A stretch of DNA of 64,000 bases from NCBI GenBank assembly GCA_964016885.1, contig OZ024743.1, positions 299,274,001-299,338,000 of the forward strand, given 5' to 3'. The first letter of the stretch is position 1. Every line of letters starts with the position of its first letter. Position numbers and translations under genes: made by a program. The stretch is from Eledone cirrhosa (lineage: Eukaryota). Positions 11,100 through 24,271 of this stretch are shown in pieces. The notes under the pieces are model-generated. The model searched no databases, had not been told where the DNA came from, and saw only the letters and a program-made list of their open reading frames with translations.

Positions 11100-12030
11100 T
11101 AAGGTATTATACCTTCCTAGTTCATATTACACTGGTCCATGTGTTGGAGTAAGGGAGGGATGTTTGGTGCAAGTTAAAATATTTCAGCAGAATGTTCAAG
11201 TAGTTTATATGACATTTATGATTCATCCATTAATCGAAATAAATCGATGATTCGGTAAAGATGTCCCATTTGAAATATATCGTATTTTAAGTGGAGCCTG
11301 GAGTAAACCAAGACCATAACATAAACCGTTGTTGGTAATTGGTAAAACACGAACCTTGTTTTATGTTATAGTATTCGTAATAGTTTCTCAGTGTTGGAAA
11401 GCGTATATATCCCTGGCATATTCATTTATGATGTTTCCCTTATTAGCAGTAGTGTTGCTGAATGATAATCGAACACTGGCGTTAGCTTGAAGACTAATAA
11501 AACATTATCGTTAAGTTTTATTCGAATTTGAAACAAGAAGCTAAATATGGTTTCTCTGGCAATGCATTTGGATGGCATTGTTTACTATTAAAGACCTCTC
11601 CCATTTCCTTTAAATATGAGAGACAGAGTGTAGTCGTCACGCTCAATGATACTTTTAAGGATCTGAAGGAAACTCTTGTGAATGTTTCTGAATTTTCTTT
11701 CTTATAAGTGCCTGAAGATGCTTCTCAGACATTCATTAACACTTGGCTTAGTGAAATATTTCATTGGGTTTCGTTGTCCACCCATATAGCAAGTACATTT
11801 TCTTGAAGGACACATCTCCTTTGCTTTTAACGTTGGGTTTGTCTTGGGAGAATCTTTTAATTACTCAACATTTTGAATCTGTGTTGAGCTCAAGTTTAGA
11901 GACTTATTCACATATGTCAGCATTCACTGACCTCAACAATTGTAGATTTGAATCGAGTGTGATGGTTTTCCTCACCCTACGTGGTCTTTATCATTTAGAT
12001 TTGCATACCATTTTCGACTCATGATGAATG
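11100..12030 (-). pseudogene. Ancient pogo/Tigger transposase relic
   Basis: Manual translation gives RVRKTITLDSNLQLL, MPSKCIARE, FKLTPVFDYHS and PNIPPLLQHMDQ in order. These resemble Tigger RKTITLE, MPSRTFIAKE, FKLKPLLVYHS and PNTTSLLQPMDQ. Confidence 0.6.
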
Positions 12031-12931
12031 AACAATTCGTCTATGTGGAAATAAGCATGCGTGAGAATAATTACCTCTTAGATAACATAGATATTGATAA
12101 AATGTAGGGCTATCATCTTTCTGATATTGAATAAAGAAATACTGGTAGAGTTAATCAGTACTAAATAGGTTATCAATTGTCTATGTATGTGTGTATGTCT
12201 GTGTATGTGAGTGAATATGTGTGTGTGAGATAGTGTGCGTGTAAATGTATATATGTGTGTGTGCGCGCGCGCGTGTCTGTGTATATACTTTGAGTATAGT
12301 ATATATCATCATCGCAATCAGGAATTCTTTCAGAAAAGACACTGGCCTTGGCGTGTGTCCTCTTTCCACGTCTCCTGGATGGGTGAGTTCTGCCATCGTC
12401 TAAAAATATTAAATATTATGTCTGATGTTCAGCTTCTTTAACATTTATCAATAATTTCCCCAGATCACCTACGATGAATTACTTTCTTTTTTTTATTGTA
12501 CATTCTTGAATTTAGGGATGTGCAGGTTAATTAAAATATTCATCACTTGACAACAGCCCCCCCCCCCCCGTAAATAATCGTCCATAAATAACCTGCAAAT
12601 ATATTTAATATAAAATGTCTGTACATTCGGAAATGACGTTTTAACAAAATATAATGTTACCTCCAAGCAAACGAACTAGGGAGGCTAGAAACGTCATTGC
12701 ACGTTTGCAACCCAACCACTGACACAGTTCCGTATATGCAGATAAATTGCATTGGTAACTAGGTGGTATAGGTGTAACGAAAACGTTAACATTGTGAAAA
12801 AATAAAAGATGAAAAAAAAACAATTCTATTCTATAATGACTAAAATATATCTTCCGCTATGTAATAAGTTTTCCAATACTTCTCCACCTATGATTCACTG
12901 GTTTTTCTAAGGAGAGAAAATATTGTACACA

Positions 12932-12987
<56 letters not shown>

Positions 12988-13110
12988 TGTGTACAATATT
13001 ATATATATATATATATAGATTCACTGGTTTTTTTAAGGAGAGAAAATATTGTACACATGCATATATATATATATATATGCATGTGTACAATATTATATAT
13101 ATATATATAT

Positions 13111-13579
13111 AAGTATTGAAATTTCCGTTGGAAACAGAAAAGGTCATAGAAATGAAGAGTGCTCTATGTAAGTATCAGAGCAAAATTTAATGTATAAAAA
13201 TCAATACAATATAATTACCTCATTACCAGAGGTTTCCCGAATGAGGCGAATACGAAATAAACGACTTCATTCGTTCGTCAGACGAGGCAATATAAAACAT
13301 GGGCAAATACTTAGAAAAACACATCAAGAAAATCAAAAAAAGATATAGATAAATGAAATAGAAATTGAAATATATATCAAGAAATATAGTTAGGTGTGTC
13401 AATTTCTATTTCATTTATCTATATCTTTTTTTGATTTTCTTGATGTGTTTTTCTAAGTATTTGCCCATGTTTTATATTGCCTCGTCTGACGAACGAATGA
13501 AGTCGTTTATTTCGTATTCGCCTCATTCGGGAAACCTCTGGTAATGAGGTAATTATATTGTATTGATTTTTATACATTA
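13111..13579 (-). mobile_element. Fold-back Penelope-type pLTR element in (TA)n
   Basis: Tail 13111-13187; arms 13188-13368 and 13399-13579 essentially perfect; 30-nt spacer; hammerhead in each arm. Confidence 0.85.
13478..13560 (+). ncRNA. Type I hammerhead ribozyme (mirror copy on - strand at about 13207-13290)
   Basis: CTGACGA(13486)-ACGAATGA..TCATTCGG-GAAA-CCTC-TGGTAAT-GAGG-TA. Stems II and III pair well; stem I is weak. Confidence 0.7.
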
Positions 13580-13611
13580 TATATATATATATATATATAT
13601 ATGCATGTGTA

Positions 13612-13696
<85 letters not shown>

Positions 13697-13697
<1 letters not shown>

Positions 13698-13802
13698 CGG
13701 GAGGTTGACTTTGACGCTCATCCTTACGGGGTCGATAAAATAAAGTACCAGTAATGCACTGGTAATTTGCTGGCCTTGTGCCTAAAGTAGAAAGAATTAT
13801 TA
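13697..13802 (+). mobile_element. 5'-truncated SINE
   Basis: Body and tail of the main SINE family. Confidence 0.85.
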
Positions 13803-13894
13803 CTATATATATATATATATAATTATTTATAAATATACACATATATATATGTATATGTATATATATACACACACAATTATATATATATATATGA

Positions 13895-13933
<39 letters not shown>

Positions 13934-14295
13934 AATATACATATTTATATATATATATATACACATATATATATATATGCATATATACATATATATATAT
14001 TTATATATATATATAATAACATACATATATATATATATGTATGTATATATATATACACACACACATATATACATATATATATACATACACACACACATAT
14101 ATATATATATATACATATATGTGTGTGTGTATGGCTGTGTATCTGTATTAGTGAGTGTTTGACCACGATATTTTGCACATATGTGTCTGCGCGAATGTAT
14201 ATATTTTTATGCATGCATATTTTCATGTAAGCTTATAAATCTCTCTCTTTCTCTCTCTCTCTCTTTCTCTCTTTCTCACTTTCTCTCCTTCTCTA

Positions 14296-14354
<59 letters not shown>

Positions 14355-14687
14355 TTATTATATATATATCATATGCATCTATATATACATACAAGCAGAC
14401 AGACACATATGTACATACACACAACTCATATTGACAATAACAACCTTGAAATATTGCGTGCGTAAAGTTATATAACATGTATGTTTCTATTTGAATATAG
14501 ACATACATAAAACCAAACCAATCCGGATTGGTTATTGGCAATACTCTGTATTATTGTGCTTAACATTATCGTTTATTTAATATTTGAAAGCCTATAGCAC
14601 ATTGTTGAGGCAAACATTTTCTTTGAAATATTTCGTTTTGCTTCTCGGTATTAAAATTGATTTCATCTTTCTTTTTATAAAAAAATG

Positions 14688-14729
<42 letters not shown>

Positions 14730-14813
14730 GTATATGTGTGTGTGTGTGTGTGTGTCTGTGTGTCTGTCTGTGAGTATGTATTATATATACATATATGTTA
14801 TACATATACACAA

Positions 14814-14844
<31 letters not shown>

Positions 14845-14911
14845 CATACACATACACCACACACGCACACACACATATATATATATATATAGATATATAT
14901 ATATATATATA

Positions 14912-14950
<39 letters not shown>

Positions 14951-15425
14951 AAAAGTTATAAATGTGCTTTAATGATTTTCGAACATCATGAGATGTAATC
15001 CGATGTAATGGTTTCGCATGCAGTCAATAAAATGCTTGGTTTGCATATTTAAAAAAAAAAAACTGTTTGATTTAGAAAATAAACTTTATTTTGGAAGATA
15101 ACACATTTTATCGTGACATTTTAACTAAAAAAATCAACAGCAAATATATAAATATATAATACTAAATTTAGTGGTATTAGGAAAATTGCAATACACCCCA
15201 AAATTGCTACGTTCGTTTTTAATGATAATGCTTTTATCAGAAAGGGTAACGAGTATGTTATTAGGAGACTAATCTTCACTAAATCAATATTACCTATTGA
15301 ATTCGGTGTAATACGTAAATGCAAAAAAATATCATTTTACAAAATGAAATCAGAGATGAAAGTTACCAAAAGGGGTACTGTATAACATATATTGCGGATT
15401 CTTTTGACTCCATCTGACACTAATC

Positions 15426-15722
15426 AATGTTTCTACTTTTGGCACAAGGCCACCAATTACTCAGTACATTATTGCTACTTTATTTTATCGACCCTGTAAG
15501 GATGAAAAGCAAAGTTAACCTAGCTGACACTAATAATTGTTTCTACTTCAGGCACAAAGCCAGCACATACCCAGTGCATTACTGGTACTTTATTTTAACG
15601 ACCTCGTAAGGATGAAAGGCAAAGTAAACCTCGGCGGGATTTGAACTCAGATCGTAAAGGGTCGTAACTATGCTGGAAAGCATGGCGTCCGACTCTCTAC
15701 CGATACTGCCAATCCACCGCCG
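15426..15722 (-). mobile_element. Two tandem SINE copies (full 15531-15722, partial 15426-15525)
   Basis: Reverse-complement family match; GACACTAAT occurs at all three junctions. Confidence 0.9.
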
Positions 15723-16599
15723 ACACTAATAATATTAGATTGTTAGTGATACCGAGACGGCTGTATGCATCATGGTAGTTACTGAAGTCACTTTAGGCTT
15801 ATGAAAATTAGTTATGAGCTGACTGCGTCTTTGATTCCCCCAAGAAGGGATAACATACAAACAATACACTGGGCTTGATTCAATCAAATATACATCATTT
15901 TGAAAAATATGTGTCACTGCACCAATGTTAAACTCATTATTATCATTATAATATTGCTATTATAATAAAAGGAGGTAGAGCAATGCTGGTAATAGTGAAC
16001 ATGGTAGGGACTGTTGGGAAGAAGGTGGAGATGGGCGGTCTCTGTATACAATGTATATATTTTACGTTATCATAATGACAAAAGGAGAGAGAAAAGTAAA
16101 AAGAGAAAGAAACAAATACAAAAAGGGAAGAGAGAAATATAATGGGAAACACAACTTCATAGGTTGGCCAATATATCTCAGCTGCGTGCGGATCATATGA
16201 TGGAGAACGGATTGCCGCAGTGAAAATCCAGCGATAGCCTCTTCAGCAGAAATTTCATCCCAGAGGCTTCTTCCCCAGGCATATTTCCTTCGTCCCAATT
16301 TGGTAGATGAAAATGATGTGAAACATACCTTGCGTTTGTTTATGTTGTATGTTCAAATCATGAAAGAGTCAATTTATAATGTCATCATTAAGGGCCTTAT
16401 AAACAAAGAACGATATATTACTCGGCTAAAGTACTAGCATTTTATCTCATATACATACATACCCCCGTTTGGAATGTGTTACCTTCTGCCAATAATGGTA
16501 TTATCATTCAGGTTGTGTATAATAGAATTGAATGTATTCAGCTAAATGATGATAAAGAGGGCGGTTTCGTCCCGCATGTAGCACAGCCAACCAAATATA

Positions 16600-17300
16600 C
16601 ACACGGCGGCAGGTCTTCGACAACTCGTGGAAATATTACCAAGAGGTATGTAAATGTTTTGTAGACATCGAAAAGGCATATAACTGCGTTCCTCTGAATC
16701 TGTTGGTGTATGCAGGAGTACGGGATCGATGGTTAGCTTTTTGTTTATCTGAAGAGTCTATACGAATGCCCGAATATTTGTGTTCGAATAAATGGTGCTA
16801 AATCGAAACCAATCAATGTAGGAGTAGGACTCCACTAAGGGTGTGTACTAACACCTCTCCTGCTTATTATTTTCATGGACAGGATTGACAAGCACAGACG
16901 ACTCACAGGTGTAAAACCAGTCCGATGGAATTTGCAGACGATATAGTGTTATTTAAGTCGACAGAAGGCGATCTCCGATATGTACGTGACATGTTTGAGG
17001 CTGAGTGCTGCATGGCTGGAATGAAAATCAGTGCTACAAAAACTGAGACGTTCTTCTTCCCAAGGAAGCCTGCGTAGTGCACTCTACACGTGAATGAAGG
17101 TGGAGAAGTTCAAGTATCTCTGGGATGTGTTCCCGTGTTATGGAATTCAGGGTGGTGAAGTAAGTGCAATAATTACTGGAGCTGGTGTAGGAATGCTCCA
17201 GCTTCGGCATTCGATAATCAGAAAAAGGGAGGTGGGTATAAAATCCAAACTCACTCTCTTCTATTCGGTATTCGTGCAACCCTTACCTATGGTCCTAATT
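16600..17300 (+). pseudogene. RTE-clade LINE reverse transcriptase fragment
   Basis: CFVDIEKAYNCVP, VGLH*GCVLTPLLLIIFMD, FADDIV, VEKFKYL. Confidence 0.85.
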
Positions 17301-17308
17301 CTTGATAG

Positions 17309-17380
17309 GAAGAAGAAGAAGAAGAAGAAGAAGAAGAAGAAGAAGAAGAAGAAGAAGAAGAAGAAGAAGAAGAAGAAGAA
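17309..17380. repeat. (GAA)n microsatellite
   Basis: Direct reading. Confidence 0.98.
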
Positions 17381-17513
17381 TTTAAGTTCCATTACATCTT
17401 GTGTATTAAGTACCCCGGGGTAGGTTTTGGCATTTCTTCTTCCAACTGTAAAGTACTAGCATTGGTATAATCAATTAAACGCTATCCGGAAAGGTTTGAT
17501 TGGTTGTTTATGC

Positions 17514-17632
17514 TAGAGATATATACTACTATATAGAGATATATACTACTATATAGAGATATATACTACTATATAGAGATATATACTACTATATAGAGAT
17601 ATATACTACTATATAGAGATATATACTACTAT
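17514..17632. repeat. 20-bp minisatellite (AGAGATATATACTACTATAT), about 6 perfect units
   Basis: Direct reading. Confidence 0.95.
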
Positions 17633-18431
17633 TATGAGATTCACTGCCTTCCGGGGAAGCTTTTCGTATATTATACAGTTAAGCGATGGGAAGTGCTCCC
17701 ACAGATACGAAATATCCGTAGTTATGTTTCTCATCAGATGTGTGTGTCTGTGTGCATGTGTGAGTGCCTTTATATGTTGTTTCTCCTGCAAGATATTTTA
17801 GTGTGTGTTTCTATTTATTTGCATATATGGTGTATGCGTATTTGTGTCTTTACATGTTATTGTGCATCGGTTCTTTCGTATTTCTACACGCATACCAATA
17901 TCGGCGCTTTGTGACCATTCGTATATGTCATATATATTTCTCCACCCCTTACTAGGTATGCATGCATGGCCCCGTAACTTAGGGGTGCCATATAGACATA
18001 TGACGTTTCTAGCGCATTTCTAATCAGTAGATTGTTTCCAGGGAAAAATACAGAGAAAGAGAATGGAAGCGAGAAAGAGATATAGAGGCCGAATCAACCG
18101 CAGTACTAAATTGGAGATCGAATGAATGAAAGTTGACCTGGTTGGCATCTGAACTGAGAGAGCAGATAGTCGAAGGAGATACTGCAAGGTACTCTATCGG
18201 ACGTTCTAACGACTCTGCCAATTTTCTGCCTAGATAATATTTTATTCTTGCGAATTCTAAAATGTTTATGATTTATTTTCTAATGTAAATATATGTATAT
18301 AAAACAATATTAGTGTATTTTCAAAACATTATTGTTACACCCACCCGTACAAACCAAGCGACACACCTACACACTGACACACACACACACAGCGATACAC
18401 CTATGCACCCCCCCCCCCCCACACACACATG

Positions 18432-18466
<35 letters not shown>

Positions 18467-18513
18467 ATATATATATATATGTGTTGTTATTTCTGTTCAC
18501 GCACGCACACACG

Positions 18514-18548
<35 letters not shown>

Positions 18549-18715
18549 CAATAATATTAATAAATGGAAGCTATCTTTATAAAACATATTTATTTTATTA
18601 TATATATTTCAAGGTTACCAAAATTTTGGTACGCCCTCATCAGATAAAATACAAAAGATGGTTTACAGATAGTGACATATTCAGACAAGAACTTAATGTT
18701 ATGAGCTCTTTTTGA
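18549..18715 (-). mobile_element. Single diverged arm of the 3168-3619 family, with hammerhead at about 18590-18650
   Basis: Aligns to 3168-3310. Minus strand reads TTTTAT-CTGATGA-GGGCGTACCAAAATTTTGGTAACCTT-GAAA-TATATA-TA-ATAAAA. Confidence 0.75.
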
Positions 18716-18735
18716 ATAGAAGACCCCCCCCCACA

Positions 18736-18811
<76 letters not shown>

Positions 18812-18840
18812 TACATATATCCGTATGTACACACATATAT

Positions 18841-19008
18841 GTCGGTGGACCATAACGCACCAAAGTACTCAATACTTGAGGTAGTAGAGTGGGTAATAGG
18901 AACCAGTAAGACCCCGACAGCTGAGCTCAAGCCATTTCGACGGCTAATTCAGAGAATTAGCCGTCGAAACGGCTTGAGCTCAGCTGTCGGGGTCTTACTG
19001 GTTCCTAT
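18841..19008 (-). mobile_element. Short fold-back element in (TA)n with the 3' half of a hammerhead
   Basis: Tail 18841-18895; arms 18896-18950 and 18954-19008 with 1 mismatch, loop AGA; GAAA-CGGCT..AGCTG-TC. Confidence 0.75.
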
Positions 19009-19011
19009 ATA

Positions 19012-19125
<114 letters not shown>

Positions 19126-19914
19126 ACATATATATATATATATATATATTACAATTACATGTAAATTATATTAATCTATATTGTAAGCAATCTTTGCCCG
19201 ATAGTGCTCAATATAACTACTAGTATAGACAGAATTTAAAAAAAAATCATACATGCGGAAATAAGGAAATATATATATACACACATAACGACATTAACGT
19301 ATATGTGATAATCAAATGTAAATAGAAACACCCCGATATAATTACTTTTGCGCTTCCAATATTTCAAAGCACCCATCTCTCAGAGAACGTATTTCATTTC
19401 AGCAGAAAGATATGATTTATTTATGTATGAGTTTCAAGTTATCTCCATTCATCGTTCTGAGGATTTAGAGTGAGTGAAATCAGTCATTCGAAAATATCTA
19501 CTATGTTACTTTCATAACATTTTCTTTGATATTCAGTAGAAACGTAAAACTCTTTACGTATTTCATCTGAAGCTTTTATATAGAGTGCAGAAATCTATCT
19601 TAAGCTCTCTATTCACATTTCAGCATAGATAAACGAGTTTAGTAAATTATTGATGTTTTATTAATATGATTATAGCGTTAAGATTTACAACGGTACATCA
19701 AAACACTTATGTACAAAATAGTAATGCTCAAATATATTATTGCTGCTCTGTCTCTCTCTCTCTCTGTCTGTCTGTCTATCTCTCTCTCTCCCTCCCTCTC
19801 TCTCTTTCCCACTATCTCTCTCTGTCTCTCGCATTCGCTCTCGCTCACTATGAATATAAACATATACACACACACATACATGTATATGTTTGTATATATA
19901 TATATATATATATT

Positions 19915-19951
<37 letters not shown>

Positions 19952-20979
19952 GTATGCATGCATACACTTATGATATATGTACTCCAATTCAGTTAACTAC
20001 ATTACTGTTTATCAGATCACTATGTTGATACGGATGTGCAAAATCACAAAGAAGATTGAAAATCAAATAGAAAAAGAAAATAAATGGAAAACAAGAAACC
20101 AAAACAACTATAGTTTCTTCCTGTTTCATTTGAAGCAATTCGGCAACGATTGTGATAATTGATTCATATAAGTTTCAAAGTAACAGGAGTAAACAAATAA
20201 AACACTTAAGTACAATTCACAGCTGTGTAAGCCTTACCAATCCAGTTGCTTTTTGTTTTCAAAGCGTGTAATGTATTATAAATCTTATGCAAGATATCTA
20301 AGGAATGCGTAGTGGCAATGCTGCCTGAAAATTGTTTTATACGTAAGCCATGCACAGCTGAAATCGTTAGCCACTAAGCTAATATTGGTCGTAGACCGGT
20401 AGGATTGGTGAATATAATGTAGATAGTATATGATTCTACATTCTATATACAACTTGTAGTTCAGGAAATCTCTTCATCCTGTGTCAACTTGAGATCTCAA
20501 AGGCATCTTCCTACAGTCTCGCTCTTTCTAGCGATAGCAAACAGCATTGATTTTAGCAGTGAATGTCCCGGTTTTATGATCCACCCACTAACATGATCCT
20601 CTTTTCCTGTTATCAGTGCCGTTACCACTAGAACCGGAATAATAGTGTACCCACTCAAATAATTCATGAATTATTATGTCTATTCCTCCCTAGGGCTATC
20701 CTTTCAGCCGTCAGCGTTATTCATCTACTTTAATGGCTCTCCCATAACTATAACGAAGATTTCTCTGCTATCCTCTCAGTATCAACTCAAATACCAGTCA
20801 TATAGGACATAGTGAATCTTGATTCAAATCCACGACATCCTCACTAAACCGGAAGAAATGCTCACTACCACCTTCGACCTTCACACGACTCTTTATTTTT
20901 TCATGCTTTAGTTTGTTTCTACCATGTGCCCACAACACATTGCCTTCAGAATCAATTCAAATACACCCACACACATATA

Positions 20980-21830
20980 ATATATGCATATATTTGTATC
21001 TGTTGGGTGTATGTATATCCCCGTGTGTGTGCCTATATATCAATCATTGTGCAAAATAATTGAAACAAACTGGTAACAACGAAAAATCCGTTTTTTCTCT
21101 CATTTTTAATATGCATTATATTCATTTATGCACATTATTCTACACGTCAATATTCATGACCTACATAATTCTTGAGATGCATTTTAGCATCGAATTCACT
21201 AATTATGAACATTCTTAGAGGATTTTGATGTCCTTTTAACAGACGAATTAAGTCTCCGTCATTACCATTGCTGTGCAGTCCTTTCCACGAAGTCATGTCT
21301 TAGAAGAAGGTTATACATTTTCAATGGGGTTTACAGTGAGACACGTTCCCTAGCCACACCAATATATTCATTTCATTCCATTGGAAAACATTCTTCATTT
21401 ATGACAAGTTGACCACTACTGGATTGGTCAAGAAATAACCAATTCAATTTTGGAACAAATTATCATCGAAAAAATATTGTGGTGATCCCATCATATCTTT
21501 GAGTGGACGTAAACTACCAATATCATAATAACTGAAGCATCCACCAAACATTTTCTTTTGTGAATTATTATACTCCGGTCGATGAGACTTTCATTTGCTT
21601 GTTTCTGAACTTACTGCAAACTCTCTGTATCTTGACGAGGAAATGGGTTTCCTCGCTGAAAAACTATTTTTTCTAGTCTTCTTGAGCCTAGTTCTTTCAC
21701 TTCACTACCGATTTGTAAAAACCTTGCTTACATAGCTTGTTTATTCACGAGCTGATAGGCCCGAATGAAATCATTGCATACCAAGAATCAGGTATGTCAA
21801 ACCCTACGATTTCATACTATTTATGTAACA
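20980..21830 (-). pseudogene. Degraded Tc1-like transposon
   Basis: Manual translation gives MFGGCFSYYDIGSLRPLKDMM and NILVWLGN..VNPIENV (compare WPGNSPDLNPIENVW). TIR-like TTGTGCAAAATAATTGAAACA near 20987. Confidence 0.6.
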
Positions 21831-22599
21831 AATTTGAGAAATAATGAATTTTGGGTATATATAAATGATGGTTTCTGGTAGGGAGGTATTGAACCTGTGC
21901 TGCAATTAGAAATCCTTCAGTTTCGTATTTTAGTAGAGTGTTTCTTAACCAGTCTGCTCGGGTATTGACGCTTTTGTTGCCCTCGGTTTAGCACAGCATT
22001 CGGGAAATTTGTTTTCAGTTTGGGTTTTATCTTTTATGCAGTTTCTGCTGCTGTTTCTTCTGTGGTTTCATTTTCCTATTAATTATTCAGCTTCTAGTTT
22101 GAATTTATTGGTCTCCTTGAAGACAGAAAATTGTTCTTCTTTTGTTAATGTTTAATGGCTATATGATTAACTTTCCATCATTCTTCATTCCATCGTCTTT
22201 GTATACTCCTACTATTGTTATTTTATAATAGAAATTCAATAGATTTACAATAGTTTTCGACCTATGTCCGTGGTATGTGCAATCCTTCTACATTTGATTT
22301 TGAGTGGTGTAATCTAAATGCAGTCATTATGTTTCCTGTTTGTTTTGTCCAGGCAGGCTATATCTTTCAGGGTTTAGTTCGTAATGTTACAACTTACTTA
22401 TTACAGGTTTTGCTTGTGTAGTTATTCCTATTACCTTATTATTTGCGTTTGTTCTGTCCTAAGTAGTCATCTAATCCGGTTATAGTATTCCTTCCTAATC
22501 CATTCTTTCATATGTGATTGTTAAAACTCGTCTACTTCATTAGTTCTTATTTAAATGTCCTATCTTTTGTAGTTGTGAACTATGCTGGCATCATTTAAA

Positions 22600-23950
22600 T
22601 GTTGCGAGAGCTTCCTTTATTGCATAAATATTGGCAGAGGTCAGTCAGCTTCTGCCTCATGAGTGGGTTTTTCTGCCTTGTAGATTTCATCTGTTCCTGG
22701 TGCTTTACTAAAAGTTGACTGGTGGCTTTCTTGACGTTTCCCTCTGTGGGGGCCGAGGTTCTATTTAATCACCGTCTGTGGTAACCGAGCGACGGCTTCA
22801 TCAATGAGTAACGCTAAGTAGTTGAGGATCTGGCTGACGGGTTCAGCCCATCTTTCCAGAATCTGTGTTTGCTCAATTCTATCTGCACTGAGGTGTGGAG
22901 AGATACCAAAGAACAGAGGTCAATATTCAGCCACCAAACCGTCGTTAACACGTTTGATGTTGTGATAACCTGCATAGACCTGGATTTCATTGGCCTTATT
23001 ACTGAACATCCTGCATCTCACGTAGTTTTTTCTGCACATTTCGTCTGACTCTATTGAACGCATCTTTCTTTGATTGTGATGTGGGATCATACTAGGGCTC
23101 ACTAAAACATCGGTACTTCTCTGGCAACAATCTTTGTATCTGTTTGTCGTTTTTAACGTACGAATCTTAATTTCGCTGAGTTAGTAGTTCACAGGTAGAG
23201 GAGACACCATCTTTCAAAGGCACCCATTGATTTCCAGTGATAGTATGGTCATGGTCCTACTGGGATCTGCATGACCATATCATCATGCAAATCTGGTGCT
23301 CTTCAGTTTGGAAATATCAAAACCTTTTGCCCTCTGCTGATCGTCAGGTCTTCTCACGGGTTGTATGCGTATTATAAACGCAGGCACTATGAGTGGTTTC
23401 TGGGACCAGCAGACGGCACCACACGTAGACTGGGTCGGTTTAACACATTATCGCTCTCCCTTTCTGACAATGACTTAGTCAGTAAAATGTCAGTGCCGAG
23501 GTTGTGGATGCATCCCAGAAGCCTTGTTACTAGCAGGGATGGGGAATAAGGTATTTGGTATGAAAATGACATGTGCAGTACATACTGAAGAGTAGCTGTC
23601 CATTGATGTTACACTTCCTAGTACCATATCCACCAAGGTTCCCTTAACAGGTCTGATAATCTGCCATCACTTGGCATTGAAGTCTCCAAAGGTAATAAGT
23701 TTCTCTGACTGCGGGACTGTTGACATGAGGATGTCACGTTCCTCATAAAAATTATATTTCATATCATATGAGTTGGTCATTGTTGGGATATAAGCATTGA
23801 TAAAAGTTGAAGTCTTGTTTGCAAGTGGGAGCTGAAGCGTCATAAGGTGTGTTTCGCTTAGAGCTGTGATGTCCATGTTGTGCCTGTCATCGAGGCAGCT
23901 CCCTCTTCTTCATAGCCAGAAAGATGTTATTCTGCATCATGCTCACAACA
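22600..23950 (-). pseudogene. RTE-clade LINE relic (endonuclease to RT linker)
   Basis: DITALSET, INAYIPTM..YNFYEE, FGDFNAK, KAPGTDEIYK. Confidence 0.8.
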
Positions 23951-24271
23951 TCTGGTAGATGTTCATACCAGAGTTCATTTGTTAATTAGAGGACAAATTA
24001 ATTCCTATTAATCTTTTCTTTCCATTGTTTAGTTAAATGCCTGTTTTTTCTTTTTGTTTTTTTTTTAACCTTCAGAACTGTGGAGAAAGATCACATCAAT
24101 ACAGCTTGGCTGGCAACACAAACATCTGTTTAAATTAATTATTACAATCATAGACTTGTGTAGGTATGGTACAGAGTTTATAGTATTGTACACTATAGTG
24201 TTGTAGAGTATATAGTAAGTCAATAGAGTATATATATAGTACTCTACCGGGTTGTACTGATGACATAGGGG

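Noticed and set aside
17514-17632. CRISPR-like array
   Set aside because: Units are contiguous with no spacers, and the context is eukaryotic.
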